Shown: positions 38,738-46,600 of the stretch, in pieces
How the letters are laid out: each line of letters begins with the position of its first letter
Position numbering within the stretch: the first letter of the stretch is position 1
Source of the DNA: Acidobacteriota bacterium
GTDB lineage: Bacteria; Acidobacteriota; UBA4820; DSQY01
Direction of reading: 5' to 3'
DNA: 48,202 nucleotides
Assembly: GCA_037384885.1 (NCBI GenBank)
Contig: JARRNO010000001.1
Span: forward strand, 1-48,202
The notes under the pieces: generated by a model
Told to the model about the DNA's origin: nothing
Databases searched by the model: none
Seen by the model: the letters and a program-made list of their open reading frames with translations, nothing else
Made by a program: the position numbers and the translations under genes

Positions 38738-39823
38738 ATGACGCCCCGGCGCATCGGGCGCATTTGGAGCATCAGGATGCCTGAACCCGTACCCAACGAC
38801 CCCGAACTGAAATTGGCCCTATACAGGAGCCTTGCGAAGATCTTCCGGTCCTTCGATCTCAACACGGTGGCCGAAGAGATCCTCGGGACGCTCCAGCGGA
38901 CCATGGGTGTGAACTACGGCACTTTGATGATCCTTTCCGATCAAGGGCGTTACGTGGACAGAGTGTTTCGTGCGGGGTTCGGCCCGGAGCGCCATATTTC
39001 CGAACGCTTCGGACTGACCAAGCTGGAAATCGAAAACCTGGTTCGGGACATGATTCCCAAATATCGCGAGTTCGGGGCCGCAGACAAGGCGGCGCCGGTG
39101 GTCAACGGCGATCCCATGGGTATCGTGGCCGTTTTCCCCTTCCAGCTTCTCTACGACTACAGCGGTCTTCTTATGCTGGCCGTGCAAAAGGACCAGCGGG
39201 ACTCCACCCTCTTGAAGCATTCGGGGTTCCGCCTCCTGGAAAGCGTCATTTCGGATTACGCCTTCGCGTTGAAAAACGCCTTCACCATGCGGCGGATGAA
39301 TGACCTGGTCACCAAGGATGATCTGACGCTCTCCTACAACCGCCGTTTTTTCGAAGAGCACCTTTCCGAAGAACTGGAAAGAGCCAGGCGGTACAACAAT
39401 CCCCTGTCGCTTATCTTCCTCGACCTCGACGGCCTGCGAGTCGTGAACAACCGGTTCGGCCACGCCATGGGATCGAGAACGCTGCAGGAAGCGGCCGCCC
39501 GGATCATGAATTCCGTTCGGAGCATCGATAAAACCGTCCGTTACGGCGGAGACGAGTTCTGCATTATTCTCCCGGAAACCGACTGGCAGGGAGCCATTGA
39601 AGTCGCCGAGCGCATCCGGGCCCGGTTGGCGGGCTCACCTTTCCTGCTGGACGAAACGGGCGGTATTGAAATCACCGGCTCTTTCGGCGTTGCTTCTTAT
39701 CCTACCCACGCCATCACCAAAGAAGAGCTGGTCAAGAAAGCGGACGAGGCGATGTACCTGATCAAGACCCAAAGCAATAACGACATACAGGTGGCCCAAC
39801 CGCTGAAACGGTTCCCATCATGA
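38738..39823 (+). CDS. Diguanylate cyclase (GGDEF) with an N-terminal GAF-like sensor region
   Basis: Intact active site RYGGDEF. The motif RVVNNRFGH is also present. An alternative start lies at 38777. Confidence 0.85.
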   Translation: MTPRRIGRIWSIRMPEPVPNDPELKLALYRSLAKIFRSFDLNTVAEEILGTLQRTMGVNYGTLMILSDQGRYVDRVFRAGFGPERHISERFGLTKLEIENLVRDMIPKYREFGAADKAAPVVNGDPMGIVAVFPFQLLYDYSGLLMLAVQKDQRDSTLLKHSGFRLLESVISDYAFALKNAFTMRRMNDLVTKDDLTLSYNRRFFEEHLSEELERARRYNNPLSLIFLDLDGLRVVNNRFGHAMGSRTLQEAAARIMNSVRSIDKTVRYGGDEFCIILPETDWQGAIEVAERIRARLAGSPFLLDETGGIEITGSFGVASYPTHAITKEELVKKADEAMYLIKTQSNNDIQVAQPLKRFPS

Positions 39824-40911
39824 ACGAAAGCGAAAGCGTCCTTCTATCCGGCGATCTGGCGGAAATCAACCTGCCGACCCTTCTTATGTCTCTCTACAGG
39901 GAACGCGAGACGGGGATTCTCATGATCCACAGCATCCCCTATACGAAAGCCCTCTTCATCAAGGAGGGAAATGTCGTCTTCCTCACTTCCGACGATCCCG
40001 ACGACCGGTTGGGCGAATGCCTCCTTAGAAAGGGCGTGATCTCCGTGCGCCAGTATCTCAAGTCCTCCCGCCAGCTCGGCCCACGCAAAAAAATGGGCGA
40101 GATTCTCGTCGACATGGGCGTCATTACTCCCGATGATCTGGTGGAGGGAGTCTCGCAGCAGCTCACCGAGATTTTCGATTCCATCATCCCGCTCCGAGGC
40201 GGCTCCTATACTCTCCACCTCCAGGAATTCACCACCATGGACCTGATCACCTTTTCCATGGAACTCCCCAGCCTTCTCTACACAAGCATGCAGAAGAACA
40301 AAAAGTGGAGCCAGATCTACGCCTCAGTCGGGAACCCGTCCAGCCGTCTCCGGCTTGTTTCTCCTCCGCCCCCTTTCTGCACTCAGATGGAAATTTCGCC
40401 CGATCACGAGCACCTTCTCAGCTTGTGCCGGAACGGCATTCCCATTTCCGCTCTGCTCGATGCGAGCTACCTGAATTCTTTCGAGACCTATCGCACTCTT
40501 TGGATTTTCCTGATTCTCGGACTCGTCGAAAGAGAAGACAAGGCCCGCAAGGAAGAGGCCGAATGGAACGCGGAACCTTACATCGAGCAACGAAACGACA
40601 TTTTTCTCTACGCCTTTCATATGCTGGGGGACGTTGGGCCGACGGTTTTCCGGAACGCCCTGGACATGGCCCGGATCGCCCATCCTGGGATGGTCGAACA
40701 CCAGGAAGGATTTTCTTCATTCGGCAAACTGGACGTGGACCGGCTGTTGGTTGTGCATCGGGGACTACCGGAACCGGAACGCCGGGACGCCCTGCGTTCC
40801 TTTCTTGACGAAGTTCTTTACGCCTTGCTCTTCAACACCGAAAAACATGCCTCGCACGAAGCGGCCGAAGGACTTCGGCAATACATCGAGACACACGGGA
40901 ATAGTCATTAG
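39820..40911 (+). CDS. DUF4388 (PATAN-type) domain protein
   Basis: The N-terminus LSGDLAEINLPTLLMSLYRERETGIL is typical of DUF4388. The ATG overlaps the GGDEF stop (ATGA). Confidence 0.7.
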   Translation: MNESESVLLSGDLAEINLPTLLMSLYRERETGILMIHSIPYTKALFIKEGNVVFLTSDDPDDRLGECLLRKGVISVRQYLKSSRQLGPRKKMGEILVDMGVITPDDLVEGVSQQLTEIFDSIIPLRGGSYTLHLQEFTTMDLITFSMELPSLLYTSMQKNKKWSQIYASVGNPSSRLRLVSPPPPFCTQMEISPDHEHLLSLCRNGIPISALLDASYLNSFETYRTLWIFLILGLVEREDKARKEEAEWNAEPYIEQRNDIFLYAFHMLGDVGPTVFRNALDMARIAHPGMVEHQEGFSSFGKLDVDRLLVVHRGLPEPERRDALRSFLDEVLYALLFNTEKHASHEAAEGLRQYIETHGNSH

Positions 40912-40920
40912 GAGGCCGCC

Positions 40921-41529
40921 ATGGCTGACAAGGCCCCCCTCAAACCTGGAACGCGGCAGCTGCTGTGGATCATTGCGGCGGTAGTCATTCTGACTGTACT
41001 GGTCGTCGTCTTTTCCTGGATGACGGCGGGCGGCGGATCAAGCGCCCCAGGAATGCCGGCGAAGGGAAGCATCGAAGAGGAGCAGGTCAACCGCTCCACG
41101 TTTCAACCCGAGCAGCCGGCGAACAGGCCGGCGGTAACGGGTGCATCCGAAAGCAACAGCCCCATTATCACGCCTCCGAAATCGGCCCCCAGCCCGGTCG
41201 AAACGGCCCCGGCGCCTTCCAAGCAGGAACCCGCCCCCAAAGCCGAACCACCCAAGCCGGCCTCCAAACCTGCGCCGGCGCCCGCACCCAAATCCAAGAA
41301 GGTTGTTTCACCCTTCGGCGTTCAGGTCGGCGCCTTTGCCAACGAGGCGAACGCCCGCGTCACCCGCTCCCGGCTTGAAGCGAAGGGCTACCGCGTCATC
41401 TTTCTGTCCCGCGCTGGAAAGATTAAAGTGGTCGTGGTGGGACCGCAGTCCCGTCAAGAAGCCGAAAAGCTCAGGGACACCTTGCGCAAAAAGGGATTCC
41501 CGCACGCCTTCACCGTTCCGCTCGAGTAG
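40921..41529 (+). CDS. SPOR-domain (peptidoglycan-binding) membrane-anchored protein
   Basis: N-terminal TM segment, Pro/Ala-rich linker, and C-terminal SPOR domain FGVQVGAFANEANA...GYRV. Confidence 0.8.
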   Translation: MADKAPLKPGTRQLLWIIAAVVILTVLVVVFSWMTAGGGSSAPGMPAKGSIEEEQVNRSTFQPEQPANRPAVTGASESNSPIITPPKSAPSPVETAPAPSKQEPAPKAEPPKPASKPAPAPAPKSKKVVSPFGVQVGAFANEANARVTRSRLEAKGYRVIFLSRAGKIKVVVVGPQSRQEAEKLRDTLRKKGFPHAFTVPLE

Positions 41530-41561
41530 GGCTCAGCGCCAGGCAGGATTGGAAAGAACTC

Positions 41562-41831
41562 ATGACCGCGAAAACCAAGCAGCCCGGATTTGAAGAGAAG
41601 CTCAAGACCCTGGAAGAAACCGTGCAGAAGCTCGAAGCCGGGAATCTTTCTCTCGAAGAAAGCCTGGATCTGTTCGAGCAGGGCATTCACCTCAGCCGCG
41701 AACTCCAGAAGGCCCTGGAGTCAGCCCACGTCAGGATCACAAGGCTTCTCGACGACGGCTCCGAGGTCCCCCTCGAGAAGCCCGGCATGACGAGCGGCGA
41801 CGGGGACGAGGAAAACGGGAGCCCCGAGTGA
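41562..41831 (+). CDS. xseB: Exodeoxyribonuclease VII small subunit
   Basis: FEEKLKTLEETVQKLEAGNLSLEESLDLFEQGIHLSREL. Confidence 0.85.
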   Translation: MTAKTKQPGFEEKLKTLEETVQKLEAGNLSLEESLDLFEQGIHLSRELQKALESAHVRITRLLDDGSEVPLEKPGMTSGDGDEENGSPE

Positions 41832-42718
41832 CACCCGCAGCGCTCCACAAGTGGACGCCCCGCGTTGAGCGTACGTTGGAGAGCCTATTCCAGGCTCCCG
41901 GAAACGCCCCCCCGCATCTTGTAGACGCCATGCGGTACTCCGTCATGGCCGGCGGAAAGCGCATCCGTCCCGTTCTGGCCATGTGCGCTTACGAGCTGTG
42001 CGGCGGCCGGGACGCCGAAGCCGTTCTCCCCGCCGCGGCGGCGCTTGAATGCTTTCACACCTACAGCCTGATCCACGACGATCTCCCCGCAATGGACAAT
42101 GACGATCTCCGGCGCGGGAAACCCACGAACCACAAGGTTTATGGGGAGGCCGCCGCCATATTGGCCGGCGACGCGCTCCAGACACTGGCCGCATGGCTCC
42201 TGGTCACGTATCCGCAAGGAGACGCCTACACGGCCGCCAGGAATAAAACGGCCGCCCTTGTGCTCTACGCGCTCGGCCACCAGGGTATGGCGGGAGGCCA
42301 GGCGTTGGATCTCGAACAGACGGGCGGCATGCCCGTCACCCTTGCTGAGATGGAACGCATCCACGACCTCAAGACAGGCCGGCTTCTGCAGGCCAGCCTT
42401 GAGGCGGGCGGGGTCTGGGCGGGGGCCGGAGATGATGAACTCAAGCTCCTGGCGGGTTACGGCCGCGCCGTCGGCCTCGCCTTCCAGGTCGTAGACGACA
42501 TTCTCGACGTCACCTCGAATGCTGAAGCTTTGGGAAAGACCCCTGGAAAAGACGCTGCGCAGGACAAAAACACCTTCCCCGCAATCCTGGGCCTGGAGGC
42601 TTCCAGGAAACGCGCCGAAGACTTGCTTCACGAGGCGCTTAACGTTCTTGCCCCCTTCGGCGATCGAGCGTCTGACCTCTGTGAACTCGCCCATTTCGTG
42701 GTCCATCGTGACCGCTGA
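41828..42718 (+). CDS. ispA: (2E,6E)-farnesyl diphosphate synthase / polyprenyl synthetase
   Basis: FARM motif HDDLPAMDNDDLRRGKPT and SARM motif FQVVDDILD. The GTG start overlaps the xseB stop. Confidence 0.9.
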   Translation: MTPAALHKWTPRVERTLESLFQAPGNAPPHLVDAMRYSVMAGGKRIRPVLAMCAYELCGGRDAEAVLPAAAALECFHTYSLIHDDLPAMDNDDLRRGKPTNHKVYGEAAAILAGDALQTLAAWLLVTYPQGDAYTAARNKTAALVLYALGHQGMAGGQALDLEQTGGMPVTLAEMERIHDLKTGRLLQASLEAGGVWAGAGDDELKLLAGYGRAVGLAFQVVDDILDVTSNAEALGKTPGKDAAQDKNTFPAILGLEASRKRAEDLLHEALNVLAPFGDRASDLCELAHFVVHRDR

Positions 42719-43493
42719 GACAAAAAAGGCCAAGGTCCGGGCGGATCAGCTGGTTCTCGATCTAGGAATGGCTCCCACCCGTGAAAATGCGCGTGCGCTT
42801 ATTATCTCTGGGGTCAACTTTCTGGGAGAGCAGCGAGTGGACAAACCAGGGACCCGGCTGCCGGCCGGCAGCGCCCTTGAAATCCGGGGGGCCGTTTCGC
42901 CATTCGTCAGCCGCGGCGGCTTGAAGCTCGAGGGCGCTTTGGATGGCTTCAAACTCGATGTGGCCGGCCTGAGCTGCCTGGACGTGGGAGCATCGACGGG
43001 GGGATTCACCCACTGTCTCCTTCTACGGGGCGCTGCTCGTGTTATTGCGGTGGACGTGGGGTACGGCCAGCTGCACCAGAAACTCCGCGAGGACCCTCGG
43101 GTAACGGTCATGGAGCGTGTCAACGCCCGCTACCTGGAAAAAGAAAACCTTCCTTACGCCCCCGACCTTGTCACTGTGGACGCCTCATTCATCTCCCTGC
43201 GTCTGATCCTCCCGGCCGTTCTCAGAGCCGCCCCCGGCGCAAGGGTGATCGCACTGGTCAAACCACAGTTCGAAGCCGGCCGGGGGAAGGTGGGAAAAGG
43301 CGGCGTGGTGAGAGACGAAGAAGTCCGCCGGCGCCTCGTTTCTGAAGTGGCCGACTTCGCCGTCTCTTTGGGGTATACTGAAGCAGGAATGGTCCCCAGT
43401 CCCATTAAGGGCCCAAAGGGTAACCGTGAATTTTTCCTCTTCCTGGAACCCTCCGGGCCGCATCGAGCGAGCGGCGATGAGCGAGAAAAATAG
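42708..43493 (+). CDS. tlyA: TlyA-family rRNA (cytidine-2'-O)-methyltransferase
   Basis: S4 domain (RADQLVLDLGMAPTRENARALI), then SRGGLKLEGAL and DVGASTGGFT. A GTG start at 42708 is proposed. Confidence 0.85.
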   Translation: MTAETKKAKVRADQLVLDLGMAPTRENARALIISGVNFLGEQRVDKPGTRLPAGSALEIRGAVSPFVSRGGLKLEGALDGFKLDVAGLSCLDVGASTGGFTHCLLLRGAARVIAVDVGYGQLHQKLREDPRVTVMERVNARYLEKENLPYAPDLVTVDASFISLRLILPAVLRAAPGARVIALVKPQFEAGRGKVGKGGVVRDEEVRRRLVSEVADFAVSLGYTEAGMVPSPIKGPKGNREFFLFLEPSGPHRASGDEREK

Positions 43494-44355
43494 GGCCACG
43501 ACCGTCGGAATTGTCGTCAAGCCTCAACCTCAGACAGCTGTTCCCGTTCTGAGCAGCCTCGTGTCGTGGCTCGACGAGAACAAACTGGATTATCGGATCG
43601 ACCCCATCGGCACCCAGCTCCTCCAGAGATCCGGCAACGGCGCCGTGGAACGGAGCGAGATGCCCGAACTCTGCGACGTCATCGTGGTCCTCGGCGGAGA
43701 TGGTACGCTCCTGTCAGCGGCAAGGCATCTGCACCGGCGCGAAATCCCCATCATCGGCGTCAACTTGGGCCGGCTCGGGTTTTTGACCGAAATCCCCACG
43801 GCCGAGATGATCGCCACCCTGGATGCGTATTTGGAAGGCCGGGCGGACATCCAGTACCGCATGATGCTCCTGGTGCGCCTGATTCGAGGAGGCGAATGCC
43901 TCGCCACATTCAACTGCCTGAACGACGCGGTGTTGAACAAGGCCGCTCTCGCCCGCATCATCCACTTCAGCGTAGAAGTGGGGGGCCAGTGGCTCACCGA
44001 TATGAGGGCGGACGGGCTGATCGTCGCCACACCCACCGGGTCAACCGCCTATAATCTTGCAGCGGGGGGTCCCATTCTCACACCGGGCATGGGAGCCGTC
44101 ATCATTTCACCGCTCTGTCCTCACACGCTCAGCATGCGCCCGTTGATCATGGAGGGACGCGACACCATCAGGGTGACCCTCCTCCAGGATTCGGGCGAGG
44201 TCTATCTCACGGCAGACGGGCAGATGGGCCATCCGCTCCAGATCAACGACCAGGTCCTTATTTCCAAATCCCCCCACCGCACGCCGCTCGTGGTCAGGGA
44301 AAACCGGGATTACTTCGCCCTGCTTCGGCAAAAGCTCGGGTGGGGAGCGCGTTAG
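43477..44355 (+). CDS. nadK: NAD+ kinase
   Basis: VVLGGDGTLLSAAR, GVNLGRLGFLTE, NDAV and GSTAYNLAAGGPI. Confidence 0.9.
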   Translation: MSEKNRATTVGIVVKPQPQTAVPVLSSLVSWLDENKLDYRIDPIGTQLLQRSGNGAVERSEMPELCDVIVVLGGDGTLLSAARHLHRREIPIIGVNLGRLGFLTEIPTAEMIATLDAYLEGRADIQYRMMLLVRLIRGGECLATFNCLNDAVLNKAALARIIHFSVEVGGQWLTDMRADGLIVATPTGSTAYNLAAGGPILTPGMGAVIISPLCPHTLSMRPLIMEGRDTIRVTLLQDSGEVYLTADGQMGHPLQINDQVLISKSPHRTPLVVRENRDYFALLRQKLGWGAR

Positions 44356-44379
44356 GCCGGCGGATTCTTCAGCGGGCGC

Positions 44380-44408
44380 TTGACAAGGCGCACCCCCCTT
44401 CGTAAGCT
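44380..44408 (+). promoter_or_regulatory. Candidate sigma-70 promoter of the DUF1573 gene
   Basis: TTGACA-17 nt-TAAGCT, followed by the GGAGG SD and the ATG at 44440. Confidence 0.55.
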
Positions 44409-44439
44409 CAGAGTTGATATCTTTCTTGGAGGTAATTCT

Positions 44440-45519
44440 ATGAAATGGTCCGGTTGCATCATGGTTCTTGCTGCAGCAGCAATGATTGCCGGCTGCACCG
44501 TCAAGCAGAACGCCAAGACTCCACAGGCTTCGGCGCCCGTGACCCCCGCTTCCGCCGCCCCCGCCCCCAAACCTTCCGCGGGACCTGTCGCCAGCGTCGA
44601 AAACACGTCTTATAAGGCGGGAAATGTCCGGCAGGGAGAGCTCATCACCCATAAATTCTTCGTCAAGAATACCGGCGACGCCGTCCTGCACATCAAACGC
44701 GTTCAGCCCTCTTGCGGCTGCACCGTCACCAAGTGGGACCACGAGGTCGCCCCCGGGAAGACCGGAACGATCCTGGCCACCGTCCACACCGACAATTTCA
44801 TGGGGCCCATCCATAAAACCGTTTTCGTGACGACGGACGATCCCCACCATCCGTCCTTCCAGCTCAGCATCACGGCGGACGTGCAGGCAATCCTGAACAT
44901 TTCTCCGGAACCCTATGGACAGTTCGGCATCGTGTACACGGGAAAGACGCCCGAAAAGGAATTCACCATCCATTCCACCGACGGCACGCCGTTCCAGATC
45001 ACGCAGGTCCAGTCTCAGAACGGCAAGCTCCCCTACACGGTCAAACAGGAAAACCCGACCACCGTCCTCTTCAAGGTCAAGGTTCCTCCGGACTACCCGG
45101 TTGGGCCCATCCAGGGACGATTCGTGCTCGACACAACTCACCCGAAGGCCAGGCAGCTCCATCTGAGCGTGTTCGGCACGGAGAGGAACCCTCTGACCGT
45201 ATGGCCGAAGGAACTGGTGTTTCATGGCTTGAGCCTGGATTACATCCGAAAGAACGCCGGCAACCCTTCCCTGACAGCCGCCCTGACCGGCACCATCAAC
45301 GTCTCATTCCAGACGGCTCCCAAGCTCCAGATCAAATCGGTCAGATCTTCGCTGCCCTTTCTGCATACAACCTTCAACTCTACCCGCCCCAACCAGAGCT
45401 ACAGCATCCAGGTCAAAATCGATCCGGCGCGGGTCAAGGTGGGGCGCTTCGACGGCACCATCACCATCCGCACGAACATGAAAACGATCAAGGTTCCCGT
45501 TTCCGGCCAGATTTTCTAA
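44440..45519 (+). CDS. DUF1573-domain lipoprotein
   Basis: Lipobox MIAGC. The DUF1573 signature FFVKNTGDAVLHIKRVQPSCGCTV is followed by further beta-rich repeats. Confidence 0.75.
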   Translation: MKWSGCIMVLAAAAMIAGCTVKQNAKTPQASAPVTPASAAPAPKPSAGPVASVENTSYKAGNVRQGELITHKFFVKNTGDAVLHIKRVQPSCGCTVTKWDHEVAPGKTGTILATVHTDNFMGPIHKTVFVTTDDPHHPSFQLSITADVQAILNISPEPYGQFGIVYTGKTPEKEFTIHSTDGTPFQITQVQSQNGKLPYTVKQENPTTVLFKVKVPPDYPVGPIQGRFVLDTTHPKARQLHLSVFGTERNPLTVWPKELVFHGLSLDYIRKNAGNPSLTAALTGTINVSFQTAPKLQIKSVRSSLPFLHTTFNSTRPNQSYSIQVKIDPARVKVGRFDGTITIRTNMKTIKVPVSGQIF

Positions 45520-45545
45520 TCCGGAAATCAGTGAGCAACATCACA

Positions 45546-45572
45546 GGGCCGGGGAAGAGCGATCCCCGGCCC
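45546..45572 (+). terminator. Stem-loop terminator after the DUF1573 gene
   Basis: 10-bp GC-rich stem GGGCCGGGGA / TCCCCGGCCC with a 7-nt loop, then TTCTGTAT, which is only a weak U-tract. Confidence 0.5.
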
Positions 45573-45659
45573 TTCTGTATCGCGCTCGGCGGAAATGCCT
45601 TATGGGGGCCTCCGGTGTTGCCGGGGCGTCTTTGGATCACCTGGAAACAATGAAGAAGA

Positions 45660-45688
45660 TTGACTCTCCCCGTTTCATTGTGTAAATT
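45660..45688 (+). promoter_or_regulatory. Candidate sigma-70 promoter of the zinc-ribbon/GspG-like gene
   Basis: TTGACT-17 nt-TAAATT. The GGAGGGAG SD lies before the ATG at 45720. Confidence 0.55.
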
Positions 45689-45719
45689 GGTGTCAATTGC
45701 TGTCAAAAAGGAGGGAGCG

Positions 45720-46457
45720 ATGGCGTGGAGGTGCGGTCAATGTCAGTTCGAAGAAAACCCTGATTCCGGCAAGTTCTGTGCGCAGTGCGGCGCGCCCCGT
45801 CCGGACGCCGTGGAGCCCGCCGAAGCGAAACAACCTGCTCCACCTCCCGCAGAGCCTCCCGCCCCCTCACCGCCGCCCCAGGCGCCTGAAGCCGCGGTTC
45901 CGCCGCCCCCGCCGCCAAAGCCGAAGTCACGGAAGGGCCTGATCATCGGGATCGTGGTGGCGGTCGTCCTTCTCTGCGCCGTCTGCCTTATTGGGATTAT
46001 CGCCGCCATCGCGATTCCCAACTTTCATAACGCCGTTCAACGCGCCAAGCAAAAACGCGCCATGGGTGAAGTCCGGACCATGGCCACGGCCGTCCAGTCC
46101 TACATGACCGATCACAATCAGGCCGCGCCGGACACGGGCCACAACAAGACTTCCTATTACACAACAGCGGAAGCCTCCGCCTTGGCGAAGCTGCTGCAGC
46201 CCGATTATATAAAACAAGTGCCTTCGAAAGACCCGTGGGGGCATCCGTACATTTACGGCGTTTCTCCCGACGACAAGGAATTCATCATTATCTGCACGGG
46301 CTCCGACGGCGTCCGGGAAATCAAGCAAATTCCACAGCAATACACCACCACGCATTGTTTCCAGAGCGACATCGTCTGGCAGAACGATGCGTTTGTGCAG
46401 GTCCCCGGAGGTAAGCAGAAGAACTGCTCGGAAGCCCAGGTGAAGCAGGAGCCCTAA
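45720..46457 (+). CDS. Zinc-ribbon / Pro-rich linker / TM / GspG-like (T2SS pseudopilin G fold) fusion protein
   Basis: N-terminal CGQC...CAQCG, then a 50-aa Pro/Ala linker. The TM helix ends IIAAIAIPNFHNAVQRAK, which is a pilin-like alpha1 segment. The C-terminal KDPWGHPYIY....ICTGSDG is typical of the GspG C-domain. Confidence 0.7.
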   Translation: MAWRCGQCQFEENPDSGKFCAQCGAPRPDAVEPAEAKQPAPPPAEPPAPSPPPQAPEAAVPPPPPPKPKSRKGLIIGIVVAVVLLCAVCLIGIIAAIAIPNFHNAVQRAKQKRAMGEVRTMATAVQSYMTDHNQAAPDTGHNKTSYYTTAEASALAKLLQPDYIKQVPSKDPWGHPYIYGVSPDDKEFIIICTGSDGVREIKQIPQQYTTTHCFQSDIVWQNDAFVQVPGGKQKNCSEAQVKQEP

Positions 46458-46539
46458 GCCGTTCACGGCATCTTGCACCCGCCTCGCCCCGTTTCCGTTT
46501 TTTCCTGCCCCATCTCACCCTGTCCGCTCCGGGGCAGCC

Positions 46540-46567
46540 GGATCACCCTTGCCGAACAGGGTGATCC
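46540..46567 (+). terminator. Stem-loop (10-bp stem) after the GspG-like gene
   Basis: GGATCACCCT-8 nt-AGGGTGATCC followed by TCTTTATAATT. Confidence 0.55.
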
Positions 46568-46577
46568 TCTTTATAAT
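46549..46577 (+). promoter_or_regulatory. Candidate leuS promoter overlapping the preceding stem-loop
   Basis: TTGCCG-17 nt-TATAAT. AGGAGGA lies 7 nt before the ATG at 46601. Confidence 0.45.
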
Positions 46578-46600
46578 TCACGGCTCAGGAGGACCGCCGT

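Noticed and set aside
40896-40930. ATAGTCAT sequence resembling the operator half-site, at the end of the DUF4388 gene.
   Set aside because: Only a single half-site is present, inside the codons GNSH*. There is no partner ATGAC at the 2-nt spacing and no promoter context, so it is probably chance.
44107-45225. 372-aa minus-strand ORF.
   Set aside because: It is antisense to nadK and the DUF1573 lipoprotein gene. It is Arg-rich with no motifs.
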